Source: Sphagnum compactum (Eukaryota). Taken from it: 64,000 bases of DNA. This document shows, piece by piece, positions 36,690 to 49,147 of the stretch (the stretch's first letter is position 1; each line of letters begins with the position of its first letter). The notes beneath the pieces are model-generated. The model was given only the letters and a program-made list of their open reading frames with translations, had not been told where the DNA came from and made no database searches. The position numbers and the translations under genes are program-made. The stretch is from NCBI GenBank assembly GCA_965153455.1, contig OZ234493.1:18776213-18840212 (forward strand), read 5' to 3'.

Positions 36690-36972
36690 TTTAGCTGAAG
36701 TGGTTTTCATCCATAAGGCCATTTAGCCAGATTTGGCAATAAGAAAATATGAAAGTGAAAATGTTTTAGCATTCCTTGATATTTTTGACTACCTGCTGGA
36801 ACTTAATTAGGATAGAATTTGGCAAATTTTCAAATTAAGAATTACTTTTTTTTCGAAATTTTTTCCAACTAAAAATCCCCAAAAAAACACTAAATTGTTT
36901 GCCATTTGGAGAAAAAGTAGTCAATTGGTGAAAATTTGCCCCCCCCAAAAAAAGAAACCAAAAAAAAAGTTG
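36690..36972. mobile_element. Decayed MITE-like dispersed repeat, related to 20675-20960 and 51085-51369
   Basis: Shared motifs such as TTTAGCCAGATTTGGC / TAGCCAAATTTGGCTAAA and GGTGAAAATTTGCC, with A/T-tract ends. Confidence 0.5.
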
Positions 36973-37024
36973 CTCATGAACATTCCTCAAAAGGTGGGGT
37001 GAAATGAAACCTACATAATGGGTT

Positions 37025-37128
37025 AGAGAATCCTCAGCGGCGCTCAGTATGTGACCTTGCGAAAGTATTTTGCACATCCAAGCACATCCAAGTTTAGTTA
37101 CGTACTCTTTTGCAACCCCACCAACAAG
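37025..37128 (+). mobile_element. Truncated Tourist/Harbinger MITE (left end only)
   Basis: TTA|GAGAATCCTCAGCGGCGCTCAGTATGTGAC..GCAACCCCACCAA resembles the left part of the intact element at 44459. Confidence 0.65.
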
Positions 37129-37151
37129 TTTAGGGTTTAGGGTTTAGGGTT
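37129..37151 (+). repeat. Interstitial plant telomeric repeat (TTTAGGG)3
   Basis: TTTAGGGTTTAGGGTTTAGGGTT read directly. Confidence 0.9.
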
Positions 37152-38970
37152 AATTATTGGTCAATATGGTCAATTAACCGAGTAAGCGGGAAATCATAGA
37201 TAAATTTTTGTAGCAAGCTTGTAGGCATTACCCTGCAATTATTGGTTCGTTAAGAAGTCAATACCAATGTAATCTATGAGTATATATATATATATAGATA
37301 TATATTATGTTAGTGGAATTAGTATAAATTATGATGCAATCACACCTAATTATAAGTTGATGGCAAGAGAAGCAAGGCTTTTTTTTTTTCCTTTTTTCTT
37401 TTAGTTTTTCAGCAATAATGTTATCTAACATCAAATCTTTAAAAAATAGAAATCTTGTAACAAAAACACAATGTTATGTAGCAGCCCATAAAAAGGTGCT
37501 TTTAATCAAGGTTAAGTTAACAATATGTTTTTGAATGGATCTCATAAAGTCCATGTTTAGTAACCTTTGGTATTTCTATGACCTTAGACATTTATCTTTA
37601 ATACAAAAAAAATTTCACCTACCTTTCAAGGGGCCCACTCATGATCTTAGCCATGAGTATAATTTTATTTCCCTCTAGGTCTTAGGCTAGATTGTGTGCC
37701 TTAGATAGTGTAGAATCTTTAGTCTTTGGTCTATTTTGTCATCCTCTTTGAAAAAGTGAGATTTGGTTTTAGGGTTTTTTGCTTATGGGGCCTTTCATTC
37801 ATCAATGTGACATCCCGTGTTTCAATTGTGGAGCCTTGCTTTCACAACATGGCATGGTTTGTCAATAGAAGCATTACCAAGCTTTTCATGTTATTTCCCT
37901 ACATAGTAAAGAGGGTCCCTCATATTCTTATTTGACCTTTTTTTTGCCTTTGACTTGGGGTTGGGTTTTAACTTTGGAATCCTTTGGAGCTTTCCATTAC
38001 TTGGAATCTATTCTAATTGTTCCCATAATGGTGTCTTCTCCTCCACCTTTGAGGTTGTGCAACTAGTCATAGGGAGATTAAGATGTGCCTATAACAAGTT
38101 TTCGTAAGTGATTGGGAGGAGCTTCAGGTGAAACACATTTTTTGGGCACAAGTGCTTGTGTTGGCTCTCTTTTTAGTTCAAGCCCCTTAGCTAAAATTCC
38201 TTTTTTAAACACCTTTCAAGTTTTTGGTCTCGCTTTTGACATGTTGGTTCGAATAGAATATTGCCCTAGGGGCATGTCCCTATTGCTAATGCTCTTGCTC
38301 CCCTTACCTTAGCCCCAACCTCCTTTGAGGTTGTTATGACATTGCAAGCATTTCACCCCTTGGATTTGTTTGTTCCTTGTTCGTATTCCTTATTGGATTT
38401 TCAACCTCATTCAACTTGGAGCTTTTATTGGATTCCTTCAAGGTAACTTTCATTTAGTGTTTGCATCTTTCAATTAATGGTCTTTTAAGTATGATTTTGA
38501 ACATTTGAATGACCTTTTTGACCTTAAAGACTTAGTTAGCAACTTCGCACAACTTTTACAAACGTCAAGCTCTCATGTTGTTGTAATTCACATCATAAGG
38601 TCAATTGCTTGGGCTCTTGGTAGCTCTAGGCTTTTGACTTTGGCCAAACCTTTTGAAAACATTCAGCCAATTGCGGTGCATGAGTTCCAATATTGGTTGG
38701 TGAACATAACATTATGTTTATTGTTTCATGATGTTTTTTTACTCACTTGTTGTTTGATGATGTTTTCTCTATTCACTTGTTGCCTCATCAATTCAGAATG
38801 GTAGTTTTGGGTGGGTGTGAAGTGGTGGTTCATAATGTCCAAGTTGTTTTAGACATCCATCCTAATTGGGTGGTGTTACAAGTGGATTTCACAAATGTTT
38901 TCAACACCATCTTTCAAAAAACCATCTTCCATAAGCTTTGTGTGGCATGAAACTATTTGTCTTAACTTTT

Positions 38971-39624
38971 GGGTCAAAGCATGGTTGGGGTACCCAAAAG
39001 GATTGTTTTGTTTTATATTGATTGGACCCCCTCACTTTACCATGTTGTTAAAACTTAATAACATATTCATATTGAAAGTTTGATTTTATTCATAAATAGA
39101 TACATTACAAGGTACTATTTTATGCATAGAATGTCAAATTTGAACAAGCTTAAAGATTCTTACCAAGTTAGGTTGAAAACAATCCAAGATTTTGTTTCAT
39201 AAAAAGAAAAAATTCAAAGACTCCTAAGGAATGTCTAAACAATTTTTTTTGGCCCAATATTTTTATCACAAACACCTTATGTGCTAATGTGTATAAAATG
39301 TATGAATGTGACAAGAACCAAATGCCTTTTTGTAATGTAAAAAGTTTCAAAAAGTCAAAATTTTGGGAATTTTGGGCCATTGATATAACATGGCTCACAT
39401 TGGATAAATTTTATTATTCTCACTTTCATAAATGAAATATATATATATATATATATATATTAAAGGCCTATATAAAATTTGGAACAAAATTATTTCATTT
39501 AACATGAAAATAAAGGGTCAAATGTAAAACAGGTCATGGGAAAAGTGAAGAAAAAGGTGAATTTGGGAATCCTTGGAGTGAGTCCTTAAGGTTCAAATGT
39601 GGTATCCTAATCATGCTTGGACCC
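38971..39624. mobile_element. TIR element nested in the retroelement RT region
   Basis: ~24-bp imperfect TIR GGGTCAAAGCATGGTTGGGGTACC / GGTATCCTAATCATGCTTGGACCC around an AT-rich interior. TSD unclear because the flanks are T-rich. Confidence 0.7.
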
Positions 39625-40371
39625 TTTCTTTTTTTCTCGATCCTAATATGTTGAATAAGTTCCCATCCTTTTTAACCACCATTTCCTTTTGGGAGAGTTA
39701 TTTACCATCCATTCTTTGGTGGGCATGCACTAAGGTGATCTGCTTGTTACACCTCTTATTGTGCTAGTTCACTTTTGGGCATTATGATGTTCGACAAGGT
39801 TTTTTCTTGTTGTATGTCCCCTTCCTTTACTTATGACATTCACATTATTGTCCATGCTTCTATTGTTCCTTTTGTTTTTGAACATTTTGTTTTGCAATTG
39901 AACTTTCTATGGGGTTTGTGGTCCAACCCTACAAGTGTTTGGCTTGGTCACCTTCTAATTTGCCTCTTAGTTCTTTTGTTTTTGCCAATTTTTGTTGCCC
40001 TTTGGATGGTATTAAGGTTTCAAGCATCACATATGGATTTGCTTCTTTTATTTCTTCCAATATGTGGTGGATGAGGATGTTCACCATGTGAGGCTTTTGA
40101 GGTTAGAGGATGTCCAAGTAGCTTCAGGGATCTTCTTTTAATGTTACACCCAAAAACCTTTTTATCTATTTCATGAGTTCCTTCTTTTCTTTTACTAGCC
40201 TTTCGACATTAATGCCATCCCCATGTAGGTTTTTTGGGTGTCTCTTAGGCCTAGGCTTTTTGGATTATTCATAGGCTGCTTCGGTGTATTATTAGGCCCT
40301 TCTCCCCATTTCTAGTAAAGGGATCAACTTCATTTTTATAAAATTTATTGCATTAGTGACCTATTTGGGGA

Positions 40372-42653
40372 CACTAGAAAAATTTGAAAATCAACGACTA
40401 GATTTGTGAGTCATTTATAGTTATAATGGACACATGCAACTAAAAATAGTTTAGTTGCCTAAGACAAGTGTTAAAAGATAGTTAGTCACAAAAGACATGA
40501 CATAACCATGACATTGAAAGCGTAATGGTGAACCTTATGACTAAGGCAAAAAATTTCATCAATTTGTGACTACATTTAGGATAGTCACATGCTACCAAAT
40601 GTGCCATTAATGGGTGGTTAGGATTTAATCATGTGGTAATTTAAAAAACCAATGGCCATAAAACACGTGACAATTTTTCATTTGTTCAAAAAATATATAT
40701 TATCATTACAATAATTTAAATATCATAATTATTATAACTAAATATAATAATCATTAAGTATAAAAATTAGATATTATAAATAAATAATTAGACATTATAC
40801 TAAAATAATTAAATAATTTGATTAAATTAAATTCAATATTATATATATTTTTAGGCTAAAATATAGTAGGCAACCTATTCTAGGTTAGAGTAAAATAGGG
40901 TACCTAGCATAGGCCAAGTAGGTAGGTCAGATCCTATTTATTTTGTTGGGGACAAGCTTTTTGATTGGCTTGTCCCAAATGGCATATGCACTATGTTTAT
41001 AGTACATACCATGAATTTAGTCCATTCTTTCACCTACTTATATATGTTACAAATTTGAAGTTGTAGACAAAGGATATGAAATAAATTTTAATGAAAAGGA
41101 AACACTTCAACATTACAACACTGTAACATTATCACATCCTTTGTCCCATATGAAAACATTATCACATATCCACACAATAAAATATTTTATTTATTTTCAA
41201 AACTATTTACTACCTATCCTACTTACTAATTGAATATAATATTACCTAAGCTACATACCTATTATCTATTACATAACCTAACATTTAATAAATTAATTAC
41301 TTAACCAAGCTAATTTATGATTATTACTATTAAAAAATCATATATCTTCATAATAAAATATTTACAATTTAACCTATCTACTACTTACTACCTATCCTAC
41401 TTATCACATATTACTTAAACTACATACTTATTATCTACTACCTAGCCTACCTAATAAATTAAATACTTAGCTTACATTTAATAAATTAGTTGTCTAACAT
41501 GGCTAATTAATTAATCAATTAATACAAATACACTATGACATATCCACAAATAGAATACCTATTGCTTAACTTATAACCTACATACCTACTAGGTTTATTA
41601 GTGCCTATCCTATTTATTACATATTACTTAGGTTACATACCTATTATGTACTACCTAGCTTACATTTAATAAATTGTTTTTTTAACATAGCTAATTAATT
41701 AATCAATTAATACAAAAACATTATGACATATCCACGAAATAATATACCTCTTGTGTATCTTACCTAATTACCTACTACTTATTATTACTTATCCTACTTA
41801 TTACATATTAGCTAGCCTATTTAATTAATTGATTAAATATTGAATCTAACTAATTAGTTAATATGAAAACATGAGCACACAAAAAAAAATAATTAACCTA
41901 CCTATTACCTATCCTACTTATTACCTACTACCCAATTTACTAATTAATGACCTAACCTACCAACTAACTACTTGGCTTACCTAGCCTAACCAGGTCTAAC
42001 CCTCATAACCTAACGGCCTATTAACTACACCTAGTAAACAAACCTACTATTACCTATAGATAACTTAAGCCAATTAATTAAGTATGCAAGCTAGGCTAAG
42101 CTACCAATGTACATAGGTTTATTTAGTTTAAAGTAACTTATTAAGTTTACCAATTAAGTTATAATAGCCTTTTCTAGCAACCTATTAACTATTAAATATT
42201 GTATCATGGGAAGACCCATGGATAATTGCAAACAAGACCCATGGATGGGTACATTGAAAGGATAATAATCCAATTGAAATAACAAAGTTTGCCTTGCGTG
42301 GTCTATATTTCTTTGTACATGTGGTATAATATACTATTACAGTTGCAAAAACTTTCATTGTAGTTGCAAAAACAACTACATTATCATCCATCGATGGACT
42401 CAATCAAAATTGGATGACATTGTTCACTTTTCATTTACATTTTCACTGAAAATTATTAGTCATAAGTTGTAGTCACTTGTACAACTAGAAATTGGTTCAA
42501 CCCTTCCTATAATTACATATGTGGCTACAACAAGTTGTAACCACATGGACATGTAAAACTAACACATTGCTAGTTGTAAAATAAGTTGGTTTGGACACTA
42601 GTTGCATAGTAGTTGCAAAAACATGGTTAGAATGGACAACATTTCTTCTAATG
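40372..42653. mobile_element. Non-autonomous CACTA (En/Spm) element nested in the retroelement
   Basis: Left end CACTAGAAAA, right end TTCTTCTAATG (decayed TAGTG), perfect 3-bp TSD GGA/GGA. GCAACTA/TAGTTGC subterminal motifs and an AT-rich internal tandem tract (41200-42060). Removing it rejoins the host frame (ALVTYLGN*PFIVTII). Confidence 0.85.
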
Positions 42654-44458
42654 GGAACTAGCCATTTATTGTTACTATCATTGGTGTTACATTCCTATTG
42701 GATTTTTGCCCACTCTTATTGGAAGTGATAGGTGTTAAAAAGTCTAGTCTACACCTTTTTCAAGCCCATTTTGAAGTTGGCATGGGAACTCCTTCCCCAA
42801 GAAGTGCTAACTTGCATTCCCCTTTTCATGAATTTGTATAGAAGGGAATAGATTGGTTTCACAAGAGCATTTCAAATAGATTACATAACCATTCTTTCTC
42901 TAGTATCATGTCTAACATGGCTATTGATTTGCATCACACATGTTCAAGGTCCTATGTAAGCTTAGGGGTAGGTGTTTGGTTTTTTGTTCATCTTGTCATT
43001 CCATTTTTATATTTGGCCTCAAATGTATTATCCTTTGCATTGTGCACCTAGTTGGGCCTCTCCTATCCTTTAATTCTTGACTTGAGTCAATACATTAATG
43101 GCCAACATCTAGATCCAATGGGGACCCACCTTCACTGCTCCCATGATGGGGAACGAATTACATCGCACAAATGTTATTTGGGATGCCTTCACCTTCATCG
43201 CAAAAGACCTAGGGTTTTCATGTTTTGTGTGAGTAAGCTAATATCACTTTCCTTTTAGTCTTTTCATTGATGGGTTAACATTGTGTTATCAATCCCACAT
43301 CGATGGGCTAACCTTGTCATTGTCCATCCCACCTAAGTAGATTTGGTTTTGCAAGTTGATTCATCTTGCAAGGTGTTCACAACAATGGCGATTTAAGCAA
43401 AGGAAGGATTTTATTATGATCGATACTCGACAGATGTATTTCTTATTCTTACAATAAAAGTCTTTGGTTGCTTACACCAACAGAAGGACTATTTTTTTCA
43501 TTGATGTGCTAACATGACATGGTTAGTAAAGGTCTCTGATGACCTTCACTTAGCTATTTTGCATGTTTTTTATAGGTAAAGGGTGATGATAGCTTTGTAG
43601 AAAATTCAAGACACTTCTATTTTGAAATGCACCATCGTTACAAGTGAGAACTTTTCTAAATTTCCAGCTTTTTCCAAATTCTCATCTCTTTCTAATATGC
43701 TTCTTGTGATTGGTGGGGGCTTGGAAACATGATTTGGTCTAGTGCACCATCAGTGAACCACTTTAGGTTCTGCTCTTTCGGCTCCCCTCTCTTTGTTTTT
43801 TCCTTTTCACCTTGTTGGGTGCTTTGTTTAATGGAGTTTGCCGGGGTTTCACACAAAATGGTACTTTTTTTGGAATTTTAAATTATGTATACAGAAAATT
43901 TTTGGTTTTTTTCAAATCTATTTGAGGAGTCATGTGCAGGTGTACTCACAAGCTGCAAATGCCAGACCAAGGAATCAATATCAGTTTAGATGGGAAAGGG
44001 GGTGAAGGGGAAGGAGGTAAGGGAATGAAAATAAGGCATGCAATGATCTTTTAAGGTAGGGAGGAGTGTGGTTTCTGCCCAAAGGCACGAGGGAGCCAAT
44101 CAAGTGAAGAACAACATGAAGCAGGGGTCAAATTATGTTTTTGAGATGAGGAAGGTCCATAACACTTATTTCTGACTAATCTATGTGTCATTGGCTATTT
44201 TCATATTTCACATGTTGGTGAGAACATTTTAAAACAATTCTAGAAGAGTCTAACCAATTGTACTATGAATTGACCTCCAAAACGTGTCATGCATTTTGGA
44301 GTTAATCCCTACTATTTCTTTGAAGAAAAAAAGCTGAAAACTTTGAAAATGAATGAATTTTCATCCATCCTTAGGTTAATTCACCTTCACTTTTTTTCAT
44401 TCACCTTTACTTACTTTCTTACATCCAAAATTCACACTCTAAAAGTCTACATGGGTTA

Positions 44459-44812
44459 GAGCATCTCCACCGGTGCTCAGTATGTCACTCTGGATAATAA
44501 AATTAAATGTTTAATTTTAGCTGTTTTTTTTGGCAACCCCACCAATAAAACTTAACTGGACATGCATATACGTGGGAACTACTAATAGCATACCACCTGG
44601 ACCAAACTTTATGATCGACCAATCAGAAATACTGAGCCGCAGTCAGGTCCAATTGGAGGTGCACAACTAGGTTGTACCTTTTACCAGCCACAGCAAGCTG
44701 CACGAATTTGGTGCAGAAGAACCAATTTTCTGAGCTAAACCGGCACATTTTGACCATTTCCCAATAAATTTTATTGTCTGGAGTCACATATTGAGCACTG
44801 GTGGAAATGCTC
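44459..44812. mobile_element. Tourist (PIF/Harbinger) MITE
   Basis: ~46-bp imperfect TIR GAGCATCTCCACCGGTGCTCAGTATGTCACTCTGGATAATAAAATT / AATTTTATTGTCTGGAGTCACATATTGAGCACTGGTGGAAATGCTC, TSD TTA/TTA. Confidence 0.9.
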
Positions 44813-45103
44813 TTACATGTGTGGATCTTGATCCTAAATTCTATTCCAGATTCCTAACTCTAATCCTGACCATCCACCCAATCCAAGCCATTTCCACCAA
44901 CCACTCCCCAAAAGGAGGGGAAAAGAAGAGAAAAAGAAGGATCAGATCTCAAAAAGAAATTGCACGGTGAGTTACATCCTAAGTTGTTTAAAGTATTTTA
45001 CATAAGAGCTGGTAAGTTACTACTTACTAAAGTTCCACTTGGGTACAAAGAGAAATGCACAAAAGAGGTGAAAAAGATGTTTTTATAGTCAACTAGTGGG
45101 CTC

Positions 45104-45640
45104 CTCAGAGATGAACAAAGAAAACTGACGTTTCCAATTCTCATCCAAGAGCATGGGGAGTATGGCGTTAATGGAGAAAATAAATGGATGAAGAAACGAA
45201 TGAAGACTCCAGGTATTCATCCACTCGACGGAACTCAGAGATGAACAAGAAAGCTAAAGGTTCCAATTCTTATCCAAGAGCATGGGGAGGAAGGGGTAAA
45301 AAGAGGATGAAACTAAATGGATGAAGAAATGAATGGAGATGCGAATGAAGCCTCCAGGTATTCATCCACTAGGCTGAACTTAGAGATGAACTAGAAAGCT
45401 CACAGTTCCAATTCTCATCCAAGAGCATGGCGTTAATAGAGGATGATGAAACTAAATGGGTGAAGAAATGAATGGAGATGCGAATGAAGCCTCCAGGTAT
45501 CTCATCCACTAACTTAGAGATGAACTAGAAAGCTCACGGTTCCTTTTCTCATCCAAGAGCATCGGGAGGATGGGGTTAATGGAGGAAGAAAATAAATGGA
45601 TGAAGAAACGAACGAAGACTCCAAGTATTCATCCAGTAGG
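45104..45640. repeat. Tandem repeat, ~130-145 bp x4, upstream of DLH paralogue A
   Basis: Units start CT(C/T)AGAGATGAAC at 45104, 45234, 45379 and 45513. They share TCATCCAAGAGCAT, TAAATGG.TGAAGAAA and CTCCA.GTAT.CATCCA. Confidence 0.9.
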
Positions 45641-46067
45641 AGGAAAAGCGCATTAGCACGAAGGAGGCCTGCAAGCTTCCCGTCGCGGAAGTCGCGCGCG
45701 TGGCTTGCGGCAGAATCCCGTGCGGAGAATACAAAAGACAAAAACGTCGCAGAAGATCGCGATTTCAGAAAGTTCCCGGCCGTTCACGAATTCCACCAAA
45801 GCCGTGACGAATGCGCATGCGTGACTTCCTCATGAGAGTGCAAAGCGCGCCACTGGAACCAACATCTCGTCCAATCTCGTCCAATTGCTAGATGATTTCG
45901 CTTATATGCTTCTGCAACTAATCACAAACCATACAATTTCGTGTATTCTCTGTGAAGTACCCATCTTCCGCATCTTTAAGTCTGTTCAAGTGTAGCAGAG
46001 CTGGAGATCCTTTGGGTGAGGGCAGTACTGAACTGAGAAACAAACCAAAAAAGGCAACAACAACACC

Positions 46068-49000
46068 ATGCCTATAACGGAGGATTGTTGTAAGCCTGCG
46101 CCTCCCGCTGTGGATGACGCAGTCGGGAAGGAGGAGTTAGTTGCAGATCTACCTGCCTATGTCACTGGCTCGCCTTCGGCTTCCGCGGCTGTGCTTTTCA
46201 TCTCCGATCTTTTTGGTAAACAATTTGGTTGCAGGATTTAATGCAGCAGCAAGGTTTGCAGCAGCTTGTGCCGTTGTGTAGTAGTAGTAGTAGTAGTAGT
46301 TGTTGTTGTTGTTGTTGTTGTTGGTAGCACGCGGTTTCGGTTGAATTTGAGGTCTGAATTGGGTCATTCTCCAATTTCGAAACTTCTTCTCTGAGTCTTG
46401 AGTGCGGCTTACTGCATCATTGCTGATGGATTTCGGCTGAGTAATTTGTTCTCAGAGTTTCTGACAAGCGGCATGTTCATGTGTGGTGTGTTTTGTTATA
46501 ATTGGATTTGGGACGCACTTCCTCAGGGTTTGACACTCCTTTGCTAAGGTATGGAACTAGTTCCATAATGTCGCGCCTCATGTCTGTTTTCAACAGTCTC
46601 CTGATTATTGCTTGTTGCAGCGTTGTTGAATCTGATGTGGGACTAGATCTATTCGTGAAAATTCTTGGCGGAGCTGCTGTACATGGAAATTGGGTTACTG
46701 GGTGCGAGATATCAGAGGTCATGGGGACTTGTTGTTTGTCGCAGGAGGTTGGCGGACAAAGTAGCTAAAGCTGGGTACTTCGTCGTCCTCCCTGACTTTT
46801 TCCACGGAGACCCCTTCATTGGAGGCCAGGGAGAAAACCTTTTGCAAGGACTGGACACATGGCTTCCAAAACATCTGCCTGTAAGTGCTGAGCTAGAACA
46901 TCATTAGAACTCTCAAATGAACTTCGTCCCGGAAGAACTTCGTTTGATTCAGAATCTATGTGAAGCACCCGCATGAATTCGCACTAGGCCAGGAATAACT
47001 CAGACTGGCTAGCTCCCTGCTGCTTCTGCCATATTCAAGAGCTTAGTATGGGCCGGTTATCTTTGTTGGGGGACATGGTGGTTTTGATCACCCGGGATCA
47101 TCAGAATGGGTCAGTAGGGGATGTGAAGAAGATCGTGGAGTACCTCCACGCTAAAGGCATATCGTCTCTTGGAGCGTCAGGATTTTGTTGGGGAGGTATG
47201 TCAAATTCTTCGGTCTTGGGTGCAAACACTTAAATTTCTTTTTTCTTTTTTTCATATCAATTAGTGCTGGCTCTTAGATAATTTTACTAGCTGGATCACG
47301 TCAAAATATGACACTTCGTAATTTACTTATGTGAACAAGAATCAAAAATATAGAATACAATTAAAGATTGCATTCAAGAAATTTGTGTTTAGTTCGTCTG
47401 TCTAGTTCACTTCGTCTTGAGTGTACTACACCTTGAAGAATTTGAACCCAATTGGGTTTGTTGACATAATTCTGATCAGATTCTTGGCATTTATGATTTG
47501 CAGCCAAAGTTGTAGCTCTTGTAGGCAAAGACGACACCTTTAAGGCACTGGTGCAGTTGCACCCATCACTAGCAGACGCTTCAGATTATGAAGGTAATTA
47601 ATTAAGCAGACTACATGCACAATGTGTCAAGCTTTCTCTACATGACACTTCTCCTGATATATATGCCTGATGCACTCATTTTACTGCAGATCTGTATATG
47701 CGTTTTCTGATTTATAGTATATCAGCGTCTTGCACCCATGAATGTCTCACTTGTGTAACATGGGTTTCAATCTTTGGCAGAGGTGAAACCACCCATTGCA
47801 GTGTTGGCGTCACCCACTGACCAAGCAGAGGAGCTTGCTGCACCAATCCTGGGTGCACGCACTGATGTATGCATATATTCTAAAACCCTTTGCTTAAACC
47901 CCTTTAGTCCTGGATGATGATCTTGCAAACCCATAGCTAGCTAGACTTCATGGAAACACCAAAAGAAAGGTTCTAAAGCTCCGCATTAGCCAAAAGCCAA
48001 TGCAATATTGTTTCAGAAATCTAACTCTTGATGATATACTTCACAGTTAGAACTTGAAGAACAATGAATTGTCTTAAATTGCAATTTGTCTTATGCAATT
48101 ATAAATGTCATGTGCAACTTTTACCAAAAAAAAAAGTTTTTGTACAAGTATTCTTCAAGTTGCATAAAACATTTTTAGTTGTCTAGGACAAGTTGCAAAA
48201 GACAATTTTTTTTTCACAATTTATTCACTAATCTACTTTTGCAAGCATAATCTAGTCGTGACATATAAATCTAGATCAGAACGAGATCCTCAATTAATGG
48301 CATCTTCAGCTTGTTATTATACCCATCTGAGCTGCAATCCATGATCAAAATCAGGGTTTAGGGTTTAGGATTTAGATCTTCTTTTTTATAAAGTAGATGT
48401 TTAGTGATCATACAGAAGAAGAGAAGAATTTTAGATGGCTACATAATATATGTAAGAGTAGAACAAAAATTTAGATTCCTAGGACATAGTTTGGGGACCT
48501 GCTTCCTGCAACCTTACTAGTCTAAATATGGCGAAATCAAACATTTCTTCCTCAAAATAGGGCAAATTTTTTGTGATGAAAAAAAGAATCTCGTGACAAA
48601 GAAATCTGCTCTCTATGGCATATATATTGGTGAGAAATTTTGCACAATTTAAATTTTATTTTTATTTTTTTGTGCTGATGATCAGAACACAAGTTTCTGC
48701 AACTAGACTGATGATCTTGACAATCAGAATTTTGTTAACAAAAGTTGGGGCTGTGTTCATATATTGATTTCATCCCCAGTTATGGGGGACTTAACTACTA
48801 CGGATATCTGAAAATAGAGGATGGAAGTGAGATAGGGGCATTGGACAGGGTATGGGACTAGGGAGAACTTTATGGATCACTTAAGTACATTTTATTGTGC
48901 CTGCAGATCAAAAGCTTTGTGAAAGTGTTTCCCACTGTATTTCATGGCTGGACAGTCCGCTATGACGAGAACGACCCCGAGATAGTGGCCAAGGCAGAAG

Positions 49001-49140
49001 AAGCTCACAAGGACATGTTGGACTGGTATGCCAAATACCTTCCCGTGACAGCCACCGAAACAACCACCTCCTCCTCCTCTGCAACAACCACCATACCCAA
49101 AACCATCAAGGAGCTGCTGCCGGCCAAGCTCACCGAATAG
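46068..49140 (+). CDS. Dienelactone hydrolase family protein (alpha/beta hydrolase), paralogue A, 7 exons, about 268 aa
   Basis: Exons 46068-46215, 46527-46548, 46745-46880, 47105-47195, 47504-47593, 47781-47866, 48907-49140 (807 nt, phases consistent). Motifs ISDLFGF, RRLADKVAKAGYFVVLPDFFHGDP, GFCWGAK (nucleophile Cys), HP, FVKVFPTVFHGWTVRY (catalytic His). Confidence 0.93.
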
Positions 49141-49147
49141 AGGTAGA

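Larger units (their letters stand above)
37700..43850 (+). mobile_element. Decayed non-LTR retrotransposon with RT and restriction-like endonuclease (CRE-like), interrupted by two insertions
   Basis: RT remnants RLLTLAKPFENIQPIAV..PHQFRMVVLGGCEVVVH..DIHPNWVVLQVDFTNVFNTI (38620-38940), PSFTYDIHII (decayed catalytic xDD, ~39820), Cys/His motif GQHLDPMGTHLHCSHDGERITSH (~43100) and KEGFY..FLILTIKVFGCL (~43400-43470). Many stops and frameshifts; ends approximate. Confidence 0.75.

Noticed and set aside
45596-45835. Arg-rich 79-aa ORF upstream of DLH-A
   Set aside because: It starts inside the tandem repeat and runs through a CpG-rich promoter-like stretch; no domain evidence.
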